Of a DNA stretch of 46,775 bases, positions 33,773-46,775 are shown one piece after another (the first letter of the stretch is position 1; each line of letters begins with the position of its first letter). Location: positions 50,879 through 97,653 of the forward strand of contig CAJFCJ010000064.1 of NCBI GenBank assembly GCA_904063045.1, written 5' to 3'. The translations under genes and the position numbers were made by a program. The stretch is from Dimorphilus gyrociliatus. Its lineage: Eukaryota; Animalia; Annelida. The notes beneath the pieces were generated by a model that saw only the letters and a list, made by a program, of their open reading frames with translations, searched no databases and was not told the origin of the DNA.

Positions 33773-35173
33773 GTAAAAACCATTTTTTAAAATTATTTTA
33801 ACAATTCTAAAAACTATCCTTAAAATTTCAAAAACGTTTTCATTACTCATTACTTGACAAATTATGTGACATTTTATTCTTAATATACACAAAAACATTA
33901 ACCCGCAATGACCCATCATTTGCTAAAGATACAAAATACTTCAAGGTTAGTCAAAATGTCCTCTGAGGGTAAAAATTTTAGGACTAAGCTAATAGTAAAT
34001 TGTGTATAGATTCCAGGTGTTATAGTTTGCTGTTACTACTGTTGTTGAATGTTCAACTACTTAGATGATAAACCTCATAAAAAGGGTTAGCAAAGAAACT
34101 TGTGAACAAAGTTTAAAATTATCTGTCATTGCCTTGGAAGAGAATGAGTAGAGAACAATGAATCTATTGTCTTGACATTGTTTAACTCTAGGAATGATTT
34201 CTTCGAAATCAAGTTAAAATAATCTGGTATCTATTTTTGTTTTCTTTTAATTTCCTATAAAACAAGGTAATAAATCTATAAACTGATAGAAAGTATCCAT
34301 TCATTGATTGTAGATGTCAATTAATTGACAAAAAAATGTCTTGAACTTTGTAGATGACAAGAGTGATATTGTCAGTACTGGAAATGGATTAGTGCATGGT
34401 TAGAAGATTAATGATTTACACTGCAAAAGCTGTGGGCGTTTCAATTCAAAAGTTTACCTATAAATCACTATCTAATAACGAAAAGAACGAACTTGAAAGT
34501 TTCTCTCTCAAAGAGTCTTATCAATTATTTGTGTTCAGGTAAATGTTTTTCATTTCTTTATTGTTCTTCAGTGCCATTATATAGGTCTTGCCAAAAGTTA
34601 ATCTACAACAGGAAGGGTCTGAGATTTGATTATAATGGATAATAGTCAAACACCAGTTAGCATTCATTAATTTATGACATACAGTTGTGATTATTTCAAA
34701 GAATAACAACAAAAATTTCTAATTGCATTCTGTTGGAGAGTAACTATTGATGTTCTCTTTTAATTTAAGAAAGTTTGAGAGATAAAGAGAGGAGAAAATG
34801 AGATAGTCTATTTTTAAAAGATGCAAAAAAACAGTTCTTCTAACTAATTTCTAGTAAATTCTATTCTAGATGTGGAAATTTTTCTTTTGACTGCAAATGA
34901 CAAATTCGATTGTGCCGAGCTAATAGTTTCTACAAATTACAATACAACAAAGTACAATAAAGTAGCAGATGATTTTTTTTAAATGATGGTGAACCAGCCA
35001 CTTAAAAAGTTATTGCTGTCTCAACAGCAATCAATCACATGAAAAGAAGTTATTCCACCTCAATTCCACGCCAAACTGCCTAATTAACATAAGATTAGGT
35101 TTCAGATAAAACTTGATAAGTGAAAAAACAGACATCTGCACTTTCCAATAGATGTTATCTTTTCTTTTTATGA

Positions 35174-36097
35174 TTAAATGTTGTTGTTGTTGCTGTTGAC
35201 TGAAGGGTAAACTTTCAGTCTAAGAATATTGCTGAAAATCATCTTTATATGAGAATTGCTTATGAGTACTATAACTGAATTAGTTACTGTTGGCAAAATT
35301 ACAATATATTGCATTATCAGTAATTTCTTATAGGATAGTACTCTCATATTTGAAAATATAGTGCCAAGGAGAATTATGTAACATATCCATAGGAAGATGA
35401 CAAAGATTTGCTTACACAATGTTGCCTGAGAAGATTTTGATATAGATTGAATGGTATGCAATTGCTTCTCTGTGAATCTTGCATGCTTTTTAGCCAATTT
35501 CAACGTGAGAAAATGAAATAATAAAGATGGCAATGCTGGACCAACAAAAAATAATACAAATACAATAAAAGAATCAATTTCAACTGAAATATAACCATAG
35601 CAGATTGTTAATTTTTTTTTTGGTCTAAAAATAGCATAGAATGAAACAACAAAACCAAATGCATTGATGAACAATGTTAACAGTATCTTGATTTTTGAAC
35701 TGCAATAATAATTATACTTAAAAGGATACCTTATTGAGAAATATCTGGTAGCAAATAGGCCCAAAAAGTTCATTTGAGAGAGAATACTTCCTATACCAGG
35801 AATTATAATTAATATTATACAAATAGTTGGTGATGGTATGAGAAGATGGCCAAAAATATGGCTAATATTCACAAAAAAGAATGATGATACTATTAAGAGA
35901 TGATTTAACATCAGGCAAAAGATAAAATGTCCACAAGATTTCCTTACGCATTTGTATTTTAAGAAGAGAAAAATCACCAAACATGATAAAATTAATCCAG
36001 AAATGACAAGGATAAAACTCAGTGTTTTGAGGAGGATGCTTTCAAATTTATTTAAATCAAATCTTATAGAAAAGCCAGCATCAGATATGTTAGTCAT
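35174..36097 (-). CDS. Intronless rhodopsin-like 7TM receptor (probable chemoreceptor-type GPCR), 307 aa
   Basis: Seven hydrophobic segments, TM3 ATRYFSIRYPFKY (DRY-like), TM7 PTVTNSVIV. Confidence 0.85.
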   Translation of the reverse strand: MTNISDAGFSIRFDLNKFESILLKTLSFILVISGLILSCLVIFLFLKYKCVRKSCGHFIFCLMLNHLLIVSSFFFVNISHIFGHLLIPSPTICIILIIIPGIGSILSQMNFLGLFATRYFSIRYPFKYNYYCSSKIKILLTLFINAFGFVVSFYAIFRPKKKLTICYGYISVEIDSFIVFVLFFVGPALPSLLFHFLTLKLAKKHARFTEKQLHTIQSISKSSQATLCKQIFVIFLWICYIILLGTIFSNMRVLSYKKLLIMQYIVILPTVTNSVIVLISNSHIKMIFSNILRLKVYPSVNSNNNNI

Positions 36098-37342
36098 TTA
36101 TTTTCCTGCTTAGTCTTCCTTCCATAAACTGGTAGAGAATTTATTATCATTAATCAATTTACATTATCCTAAGTGGTAAAGTATGGCTGTTATCAATGTT
36201 TATACAGTTTTTAAACATTTCTCTCTTAATGGGAATTATCTGTGTAATACTTCAAAGTGTCTTTGAAGATGACTTTAGGCAATTAAGTATCAGTGACTAA
36301 CTAGATCCAATCTTTTCATTATCACTCAGGGTTAGGTTTTCAATCCTAGCCGTTTTCAACTCGTTCTATTTCCTCTCATTTAATAATTTCTCATAAATTG
36401 AAATCAGATCATCAGCTTCTCTCTTTAAAAGAATGAACAAACAAATAAACAAACTTAGAATGGTAAAGGTAGCATAGCTGTTGTTTACCACACGACAAAC
36501 TATGCTACATTTCAATTAATCATTGAATTACTTTTCAATTCATTTATTTCTTCTTATATGATATTGTTGATTAGTGACAGATGTGTCTTGTAACTTTTCC
36601 TTGCAGATGAATTACTATCATTTATGGCCTTAGCCCTTACCTACTTCACTTTATTTTTTGCCTAAGGGTCTTTTAAGGGTTAGGCCATTAAAAAGAACTT
36701 TTCACTCAATTTCTGAAGGCTGTTAAAATAATTGCAATAAAACAACAACCTCAATTGTTGTAAAGAATATATCTGTCTTTTGTACAGAATGTATGCTACT
36801 ATAAAGACTATTTATTTTATTTATATTTTAAAAATCAATACTTCAGTGTCATCATAGTTTTTGGCTATGTTTATATTTTACTTATTGTTCAAAAGTCTAA
36901 AAAACAATTAAAGAAAATATCTGGAGATAAGAGCTTTAAGAGAAATCTATCAAAATCTCTCATTTCCATTATAATCACAAACTTATTAAGCTGGATAATA
37001 TTTTCAATTTTAGGTTTTCATATCATTATAATAATGATTTTCTCATATTTAAATATTTTTCCAATGCTTTCTAGGCCTATTATTATTTTTAGCAAATTTG
37101 AATAAAAAAAATGACAATTATGTCTTGATTGTTACATTTTTATCAATTAATTCTTTAATTAACCTGTTGGCATTTTTACTAAAAAGTCAATAGCCCTTTT
37201 AGTTTCTAATAGTTTTAAGTAAAATATATTTTTCTATATCATCATTGTAAAAATGGCGACATTTTTATAATTATTATCAACTTTTTTGACAATTTCTTTG
37301 GGGACATTTTCTGTCTGAACCGTATATTCAGAGAAAACAGGG

Positions 37343-37408
37343 GTTGTTGAAAACGCCAACTGTGCCTGTCGAAAACGCCCACTATCCTTGTTGAAAACGC
37401 CCAGTGGT
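37343..37408 (+). repeat. Three 22-bp units containing TGTYGAAAACGCC
   Basis: GAAAACGCC at 37349, 37371 and 37393. A related single motif is at ~27430-27447 / ~41533-41550. Confidence 0.75.
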
Positions 37409-37852
37409 GTTTAAAGACTGTATATAACTAATATTTTTGGTTTTTGATTAAAGAACCTTAATTATAAATATAGTTATAAATTTTTATTCTAAAGATTACT
37501 TATTTTATTTTATTAAACCAGAGATTGTCAAAATGATTGCTAAAACTCATAAATTAAATTCTTTCTATTTATAAAAAAAATTCTTCTTTACCAGTTTTTA
37601 TTTTTTTAAAGATAATCTTTCGCCATCAATAATTCTACTTCCTCTCCAAATATCACAAAGATACAGGTAAGGTCTAATTATTGTTTTTAGATATTTTTTT
37701 GACTAATATGGGTGTACACTTATGAACTATATTTTATAGATATTTTATAAATGATACTTACTATATGGTAGAAGTGTTGAAGTAGATGTTGCCTCCAGGG
37801 TAGATGGTACTGAACTGCTAGAATCAACCCCTTTTATAAGCAAAGGATAAGA

Positions 37853-38209
37853 TGTTACATAACAAACATGTTGACAACAAAAACAAGTGTTTATTTACAT
37901 AAATATGATGTAAGAATTGACTCTTGATGGGTAACCTACACAAAGTTGTTGTTGTTTACATGACTATTGCATAATATGATAACCCTTGACCCTGTTTGTT
38001 ATGAACAATCCTTATCTGGGGTTAGACCCTTGTTGTTGACAACCAAGGCATAAACAACTGATAAGGAATTGTATAAAAGCAGGGCGTAGGCAGTAACAGG
38101 CATTCAGTCCTGAATCAACTCCCTTAGTGAACAGGTCTAGTATTACTTTACAATAAGGTTATATTATTCTTACGGTTTGATTCTATATTCATCCTTCATC
38201 AATTCTACA
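37853..38209 (+). mobile_element. Possible solo LTR
   Basis: TGTT..ACA ends, TATA-like GTATAAAAG (~38071), AATAA near 38152, higher GC than flanks. No TSD found. Confidence 0.3.
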
Positions 38210-38253
38210 TCTCTCTTCTAAGTAGCTGACTCCTGGTTGCGAATATGCAAAGA

Positions 38254-39855
38254 CATAATCATTCTCATGGATTCCCAAGCTTCCCCTTAATAATTAATAA
38301 ACCTGAATTTTTCTAAATCTTGCCTGAGACCAATGAAATGAACATCCAGTTAAGACAGCATCAGGCCCTATATTTTGTAAAGTTTTCCAAACACCCTTTT
38401 CATAGTCAAAGACTAATTTCTTAGGAGCACAATTTTCACCTAAATCCTTCACAGCCTTAAAAATTTAACATGATTACTTATTAGTAAGAATATTTATGAA
38501 ATGTAATTCTTACCTGGAAAAGTAGTTTATATGCTCTCTTTTTTTTAGAAGACAGAAAAGAAAAAAGCAATGGAACTTGCTTAAGCTGTCCATTTTTTTT
38601 CAAAAATACATGAATAGAGTACATTTGAATGAAAGGTTCATTGGCAATCTTAAAAGTACCATCAAGGTACCAAATTTTCCCCTTTGACAATAGCTCCAAT
38701 TGATGATTTGTTGCAAAGATAATGATCCTCTCATTATTTATATTTATATCCTTCTTTAAAAATTCAGGAGGAATGAATGTCATATTTTATCATTGGGGAC
38801 AATAGGCCTGTTCTTCCTTCTATTCCAATTTGCCACTTCTTTACAATTAATTATATTTGGTAAGTTTGAAGTACTAGAATACTTGACAAGAACATTTTCA
38901 GCAATTCTTTTACCTGAAGAATTTATATCACTAGAACAATTGTCTTTGATTTCATTTCTTATATGAATCCTGGTTTCTAAATTTTTTATTGGTGAATGAC
39001 AATGAATGTTTGTCCCAATTGCAAAATTGCTTCCTTTTTGATTGATGCTTGCTTTACATTTTCTTTTTTTGCTTCTGACAGAACAAGTCCATACAGTAGA
39101 TGTTTTTGTTTTTAATTTAATATTATATGAAAAACCTTTGTGAAAAAGTAAGTCTTTGCCTTTTTGACTTCCATGTGGCAGAATTTTAAAATGAAAATCG
39201 TCAGAAGAATTTTCTTTGGCAGATGTTTCACTTTCAAAAGATTCTTCCTCAATTTTTTCAGATTCTATATACGCATTTTGAATTGTTTCAAAATTTTCAA
39301 CTTCAATTTCATTATCATATTCAATATCACTTCCATTAATGATATTTCCTTTGTCAACCTTTGTGTTTATACTTTCATCATTATTGTCATTGCTACTCCA
39401 TGATATAGATAATCTCAATTCTTCTGTCAACTCTTCAGTACTCTTTGCTTGTCCTTGATTATTGTCTCCTTTCTCATCAATTTTTAATTTTTCCTCAGTC
39501 ATGCTGTTATTCTCCTCAATATTCTTTTCTGGATATTCAACAATTGCTTCTTCCTTCTCATTAAGTTTTGCAGTAGAATTACTTTTTATTGGTACAATTT
39601 CCCTGCATTTTTTTTGGCTCATCAATTCTCTTTAACATCACAAAACAGGTTTTTTTTAGTTATTTTATAACAAATAAAACAGAGTGGTGATGCTGTTGAT
39701 GAATCTGGAAGAAAAAAAAACAGTAAATGTTTTTCAAATAGAAGATAGTTCAAACCATGCAGACATTTTATATGACAAATATGCAGACACAATGAGCATT
39801 GGCCTTTTATTTGCCTACCAACAAATTTATCATTGCAAATAGAACACTTGTCCAT
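38254..39855 (-). mobile_element. MULE transposase 2, right-arm copy
   Basis: Mirror of 29126-30797 with substitutions, an extra frameshift near 39610 and a ~78-bp deletion. Confidence 0.9.
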
Positions 39856-42800
39856 TATTCAATATTTTTTCTAAAATATTGGAGAAAAAGAAGAGCTAAA
39901 CTAAAATTAATAAATGAATTTGTCATATCATTATTATGATTATTTATGTAACAATTAGTATTTTGACAATAACATTGAAAAAAAACTTCATTTACAAATA
40001 AAATTGCTAAATTTATGTTAGATTGATTAGTAATAAAATAATCTAATAAAATAATCAAAAAAAACCTCTACAAATTAAAAATTTTGATATTACCTGAAGA
40101 GAGTGAAAATAGAAGAGAAAGTTGATATTTTGTATCTCTTTTCGTGAAGATTTCTTCATCTCTACCAGTTTTTTTAAAGTTTTGTGTTAATTTGTTTTTC
40201 AACATATATTTATATTTACATGAAAATTTCTTTACTTTATGTGTTCTTTTGATTCACGGATGTTTTCTTTCAGTTTACAGACATTTTCTTTCACTTTATG
40301 GATGTTTTCTTTCAGTTCATGGATGTTTTCTTTCGGTTTATGGATGTTTTCTTTCATGGACGTTTTCTGTCACATCCTTTCTAGATTTGTCCTTTGCTGC
40401 ATTATAATTGTATAAATCCAGTAAAATGAGATAGTTCTAGAACTATCAAATTATTAAATCTATATATTAATGAACTATATTATTCAATTAATATTGTAAA
40501 TAGCAATGTTTATATATGAATCAATAAAATATTGGGGCAAATACTTAATATGGTCACAACTAGGCAACACTGCTTAGCTCTATCAGCACAGTGTAATACC
40601 AATGCCATACCATTTGTCTATTGTAGAAAAGAGTTTACAATTGTATAAGTATAGTTATATTTTTTTTCATATTTTAACATTTAAAAGAACAGAAGAATAG
40701 AATTAGGTTTAGATCAGACAAGATGGTAAGAAGAGATACAATACTACTCAGATTAAAGAGAAATGTATACTAATTGATCCTTTATATTAATAGAAAGTTT
40801 TCCATATTTTGTTTGAAATTGAAGAGATTGAGGAATCCACTGAATGACATTCTTATTCTGCCAAATAATCTCATCTAGTTTGACCGGAAAGAGTTGTCCA
40901 TTAAAATACAATTGTATTTCATGCATATAATAATCATCTTTTAATACACCAAATAGCCTTATATTTTCTTTTGTATCATGAAAAATATATATTTTACCAC
41001 CATTTGGAAAGTACACAGATACTAAATGATAATTTGACTGAGAGAGTAGTGGATTGTTTGGAGTGAAGGGAGGGATATATTTGCACCTGTGCTAAAGTAT
41101 GAAGTTTTTCATACTGAACCTTTCTTTCTGTGAATAACCTTTTTTTCAATTTACTATAATTAGGTTTCAATGACTAAGTTGTAACAACTACAGGACAAGT
41201 CTTTCATTCATTTGTTACAGGAATTGAATGAATAAAAAAGGCTTTCTCTCTCCTTTTAAAGACATTTTTATATCTATACTTCTTTTTTTACAATATATGT
41301 ATTCTTGTAGTTTGTTGTGTTGGAATTGTAGGAATTGTTTTTTGTTGTAATTGTAGTGATCTGTACTGCTCATTTAATAATATGCCAAAGCACTGGTTGA
41401 AGTAAAAACTCCCATGTGTCAACAGGTATTAGCAAATGTGCACTTCAGTCAGATATAGATGCTGTTTAGAAAACCCTAGACTTAACTCAGTACTTTTATA
41501 TGTGGGTACAGCTGTGGAAAATGGCCATTAACCTGTTCAAAACGCCAACTACACTTAACTATTACGTATTAACTATAAAAGCTGTATAATTACATTAAGG
41601 ATAACATCCCAGGTTGGGAAAAAACATGCTCAGTGTGAGAAAAAACGTTTTAGTTAAAGGTGTATTGGGCATAATTATTGATATTTTTAATCTGAAATAA
41701 TTTTTTCATTGCTGTTTGATTGAATTAGAAAATAAAATATTAAGATTTTCACTTGAATTCAGTTCAATTTTTTATTGCATTTTATGTTCATACTATACTA
41801 CTTTGAAAGGAAAGCAAATGCATAATTTGGCCAGTGTGCTTTGTTGTCCATCTAAGTTACCTTCCACAGACAACATTAAAAAGAAACCTTCTAAACAAAA
41901 CCTAAGAAATCTATATGTTCCTGTGTTTGAACTGTTTTAAAGAAAGATACAGTAGTGTTCACATTCAAGCAAGTATCTTCTAGTTTCTATGTCAATTACT
42001 AACTGACAATATTCCAGATTAATTCTTCCCTCAAAGGCATTTAATCATTGTTACAATGCTTAGACAAATATAATTCTACTTTCTTTAGTCTACATAATTC
42101 AAACAATAGCTAACCCTAATCCTAAAGAAAATGTCTTGAAATATTCAAACTACAAACATGTCCACTGTGAAACACAAGAAAATCAAAACAACAAAATAAT
42201 AAGATATAAATCCAAGGTTGTCGACAATTACAGAGCTGTATATTTCCTGCCCTTTCAAGCAAGCAATACATGAAGCTATCCTCTGGAATGACCCTGATGA
42301 GTCTTTGTAAAGTCGAAGATGAAACTGTGGTGAGTCAACCATACTGGGTAGCCATTTAAAAGCTAAAACACAAACCCAACATATTTTCATCAATCAGTGG
42401 TAGATAATCATACTCGTCTAGAAGGTTCTTACTCTTCCAGTTTCATCTCATCAAGACAATGAAAAGTTGTAAATATATGTCTTCCAAAGTGAAAGTTTGT
42501 TTCTACTTCTTCCAATTTTGAAATGGCTGCCACCTCACTTTTCAACAACATTTTAGTTTTTAATATTATAATTCACATTTACAAAATATTTTTTCCTTTT
42601 CTAATATATATACCTATATATCATTGACCAAATTAATTTATGAAAAATCCATAAATGTAATAAAGAAGAAAAAGGTACATTCGCACTCAGGTACATTCAC
42701 ACTCATACAATACTGCTGAATAGTAAATAAAATGTAAACTTAGAAGTGAAGCATAAAAGATATTTAATTGAACTGCTTTTAGTTTAAATTCATAAATTTA

Positions 42801-43037
42801 AATATTAATAAACCGTAATATTATTGCTAGGTTACTAATAGCAATATTCTGTATATAATTTAATGAAATTTAATGCCACACATTGCATATACACCGCCCT
42901 ACACAAAACTGTCTGCTTATCTCTATCAGTGCTATCTGGGCAATGTTATAGCATTTTCTTGCATAGGTTTTGAGGGATACATGTGTAAGTTGCATAAAGT
43001 GCTATAGTTCAAGCTTAAAATATAACCAAAATTGTAC

Positions 43038-43411
43038 AAAGGCATTCTGAACATTTGACAATTCCATTATCATTTATACATTTAGCACAGTTCAATGGAC
43101 ATGATAAACAAGTTCCATCTATATATTGATTGTGGCATTTGATACAAAATGTCCTTTGGGTATGAGAATTTAAAGTACATTGAAAACAGGCTGAGGACAA
43201 GAATCACATTTCTTAGTTATAGTGTTAAGTGCAGTTCCCTTATCACAAGATGAGCAAAGTAGATTATCATTCAAATCAGCACCACAAACAACATAATAAG
43301 GTGTACATGGTGCACAAGTTTTATCAGATTTCAAACCATATCTTTTATAGCATTGTGAACAAGTAGTAGTTCCAGCATTCAGGAAACGTATTTGGCAGAA
43401 GCTGGGGCATT
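43038..43411 (-). pseudogene. Mirror copy of the Cys-rich fragment
   Basis: Identical translations for the ORF pairs 25515/43170 and 25781/43015. Confidence 0.65.
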
Positions 43412-43856
43412 CTGAAAGTTTAGAATGAAATCTTATGGCAAAAGGAGAAAATAGAAAATTAAGCATAACATACTTATGATTTTCTGATCAGTTGTCAAAT
43501 CTGCATGATGATTAAAGCATTCAGAACAAATTGGTTGATCATTTATAATGGGGGCCAACAGAAAAAAGGTTAGAGAGAGACAAGGGCTAGGTTAGGGTTA
43601 GGGTTAAACCATGCATTTGGGGACGTTTTCTGTCGTATCCTTTATAATGAATGCTGGACAAATCTTTCTTTGAGTATAATTAAAAATGTCTGTATTATTT
43701 ATGATTTTGAAAAATATTTAAGTATAGAAAATATATTTGAAAAAAAAGTGAAATGCCAAGGCTAGTTATTTAAATAGAAAAAAAAATTGAAGGATAGTTA
43801 AAGTAAAATTAAAAGCAACAATATATGTTGCAAGAGTAAGAACCTTCTAGACGATA

Positions 43857-44838
43857 CATAAACCACATCTTTCCATGAGATAGTAATTTGGCTTGACTTT
43901 GTGTAGAGAATATAACTATTCTTTCATTTTCTCTGCAAATATCATTTATCAGAAAATTATCTGGAATAAAAGTCTTGTCAAGAGTGAAGTATAAGCCATC
44001 TGGTCCTTTAGAATTAAACTGCTGCCTTGTTCTATTAATAAGTCGGACAACAGTTATTAATAAATGGAATAGCAAAATTTGATTTTGGAATTTCACTGAG
44101 ACACTTGCCAGCCAAACATTTTCCTGATGTCATTTTATCATTCTGACCACTTTCTTTTAATTTGTGTCTAATTCTTATTTCTATTTCCAGGTTATTATTT
44201 CTCTCATGAATATGATTCATTTTGCCAAGGATAAAAGAATTATCTCTTTGGGAAACTCTTGCAGGACACTTCATGGATATGTTTCTGATACTACATGTCC
44301 ATTTAACTGTGTTTCCAGTCTTTTCTTTTACAGAAAAACAGTATCCTTCATGCAAAAGGAGATTTTTTCCTTTTTGATTCATTCCTTCCAATGTTGTGAA
44401 TGCAGGGTCCATTTCATCTTTTTCTTGAATATTTGAGTTATAAAAAGATTTTTCAATTAAATTATCTTGAGAGGCATTTGCTGAATGGTTTCCATTATTC
44501 CTATGATCACATAATTCTTGTTCCTTCCCTACACTTTCATCTTTTCCATTTTTTTCTCCAGTAAAAGAGTTATCTTCAAGAAAAGTATGTCTGGAACAGG
44601 TACTTCTTTTTAATGAGACAAAACAATTCTTTTTGAAGACATCAGTGCAGGTAGAGCATAAATATACATCAGACACTGCAAATATATAGAAATAAATAGG
44701 AATGATAAAATAATAAATGCGAATATTACTTGAAATGCATTTTTTATGAAAGTTAAACTGATGAGAGCAGAGTGAGCATTTCCTTGTGAATTTTCTTTCA
44801 AATATTCTATATTTACAAATTTGACAGTAAGGAGCCAT
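43857..44838 (-). mobile_element. MULE transposase 1, right copy: retains PHD and FLYWCH, lacks most of the DDE region
   Basis: CQIC..CSLC..FHKKC..CSTC (PHD-like) and NQKGKNLLLHEGYCF..WTC..CPA..HIH (FLYWCH). Breaks just before the first catalytic Asp. Confidence 0.85.
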
Positions 44839-46052
44839 CACCTGATGAAAAATTGGAAAGTGGACATGACACAATGGTCAAATAAAGATAAAGTGAACAA
44901 CTTACTTTTTTTAAATAAATACTTTGGGAGTATGAAAGTCTTTGATGAAATATCTATATCAAAATCACGTTGTTTTAAATCAGAATTAATGGTTAAAGCT
45001 CCAAGAATAATCATTGTAGTAAAAAAAGATGGCTACCAAATATCAAAAACAGGAAGGGGACAAGACTTCCTGTAAAAGAGTATTTTTTTTTTCAAACCAA
45101 ATAATTCTAATCTTAAGTACATTTAAAAAAGTTTGAAACATTTTTTTATATTAATATTTGATTAGCAAGTCAATGTAACATTTTTTAGTACAATAAAGAA
45201 ATTGTTTCACTTTTCTAGCTTAAGAGACAATCTGTCAGGGGATGTTTTGTCAGGGGAATGTGTTTAAATCAATACAAGAGAGCCAAAAAGAAAACCTCAG
45301 TGATTAATATTCCTTGCGTATTCCTGTTTAAAGAATGCTCTTTTATATTTCTGACATTTTAGAAATAAGGAAGAGAAATGAACTGAAGAAGCCCTATCAA
45401 TTTTTCATAAATTGATTGAAGATATTTTCAATCCAAAGATTCATTATTAATCTTTCTAAACAAAATATATGCTATTATTTTGAACTTTGCAGGTATATTT
45501 ATAGAAAGAGAGGGAGATGGAGGGAGATGATAACACTTTAAAATGAAAGAATAGAGACAGTGAAAAACATTAGTTACCAAAATGTCCTTTGACAAATCAT
45601 AACCTGGACAGAAATCCCTGTGAACAAAATGTCATAAATAAATTGCAGCAATAAAATCACAAAGTCAAGTAAAATTCAAAACTTTCAGAATAGGTAACTT
45701 GTTTAAAAATTTTTTCTCCAACTGAAAAGTTCCATCTTTGAACAACTCAATTTTTTAAGTTTTTCAATTAACAAAACAATACTCTAAGAAGAGCTTGATT
45801 ATGATTTTTGATCAGTTGCCAGATAATGATGAGTGTTGTTCTAAGTTTATAAATAAATATATATAAATCAATCGCTATTGATGTCTACTTCCTGGAGTAA
45901 AGACAAAAAATTCATTGAATTTTTTTGTTTAATTCAGAGAGTATTAAAGAGTGCTCATTGATCAATTAATCGTTAAGATTTTTCCGATATTTTTATTTCC
46001 TGAATTTCTCGCATAGATTGATCATTGGCCGTTTGAACAAGTTGCGCTTGAG

Positions 46053-46775
46053 ATGATTTTTTATAAAATTTTATCATTTGCTTGTATTTTACAATTGACT
46101 AACTGTCTATTCAACATTTCTGATCAATGTAATGTTGTTGTTCATGAACGAATACGTAATAGGAAATGATGATATAACTCTAGACGAATGTACAAGTGGT
46201 AATAGTAAAAATTTTTGTTGCTTTGAGCCTGGTTATGGTTGCTACAGACCCAAATTAAGTATACCTGGCTTTACTTATAGACATGGTATGCTGACCGGTT
46301 ATGATTCACTTGGAGTAGCAACCCCTGATTTAGAAGATCCTGAAGATTGCGCAAAATACTGCTTAGCATTGCATAATTGCATGGGGTTTACAATGACAGA
46401 GACTCCCCATCTTGGAAGATACTGTTTCCCTAAAAGTAATTCTTTTTTTACAACAGCTGCTCCCTCGGCTATGCCAAATATGCTATCTTATGATAGATTT
46501 GGATTTGGCTATACCACTTGTGAACAAGGCGAATGTACAGAGACAGCGCTATATACTGGAAATGAAAATTTTGCTGGCTTGTCTTCAAAAGTGCCGAGAA
46601 AATAGTAATTGTGAATATTTTATTCTCAGTTCTGGTCTTTGTAAACATGTACAAACATGTACTATTAATAAAATTCTGTAAATAGGGTTACCTGTTCAAA
46701 TCTGTTTTGAAAGTTAAACCTCACTTTCAAGATAATTTAGAACTTTTTAACATTTTATCAGATTCAAATTCTTCT
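46053..46775 (+). pseudogene. Mirror copy of the PAN/apple-like gene, partial in the window, with several 1-bp indels
   Basis: Reverse complement of 22751-22029 with an extra A at ~46158, an extra G at ~46577 and missing As near 46670 and 46696. Confidence 0.7.

Larger units (their letters stand above)
38254..46775. repeat. IR2 right arm
   Basis: See left arm. Inner junction 30797/38254 (GATTATG / CATAATC). Still matching at the last base of the window. Confidence 0.97.

Noticed and set aside
30798-38253. IR2 spacer length (7456 bp) close to the IR1 core arm length (7541 bp)
   Set aside because: No sequence relationship between them; treated as coincidence.

Overview
AT-rich eukaryotic (invertebrate-like) genomic DNA with very short GT-AG introns (44-63 bp where measured). 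No prokaryotic features, rRNA, tRNA or CRISPR arrays were seen. A compact lophotrochozoan genome is a guess from gene content, not something the sequence shows. The window is dominated by two giant near-perfect inverted repeats placed back to back. IR1 has arms 3605-11259 and 12907-20720 around a 1.65 kb spacer. IR2 has arms 22029-30797 and 38254-46775 around a 7.46 kb spacer and runs off the window end. Genes: a DOMON/copper monooxygenase (MOXD1/DBH-like), a multi-domain F-type lectin, a trypsin-family pseudogene split across the IR1 spacer and arm, a degenerate protease-homolog exon, a type II membrane SEA-domain gene, a PAN/apple-like secreted protein, a furin-like Cys-rich fragment, a C-type lectin and an intronless 7TM receptor. 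Mobile DNA: a truncated Gypsy element, an internally deleted Tc1-like element, two decayed PHD-FLYWCH-MULE transposons, a MITE and several short dispersed repeats. Rearrangement junctions show templated insertions (23 bp, 95 bp, 916 bp) and reciprocal deletions. This points to template switching or end-joining, but amplification or assembly chimerism cannot be excluded from the sequence alone. All coordinates and alignments were worked out by eye.
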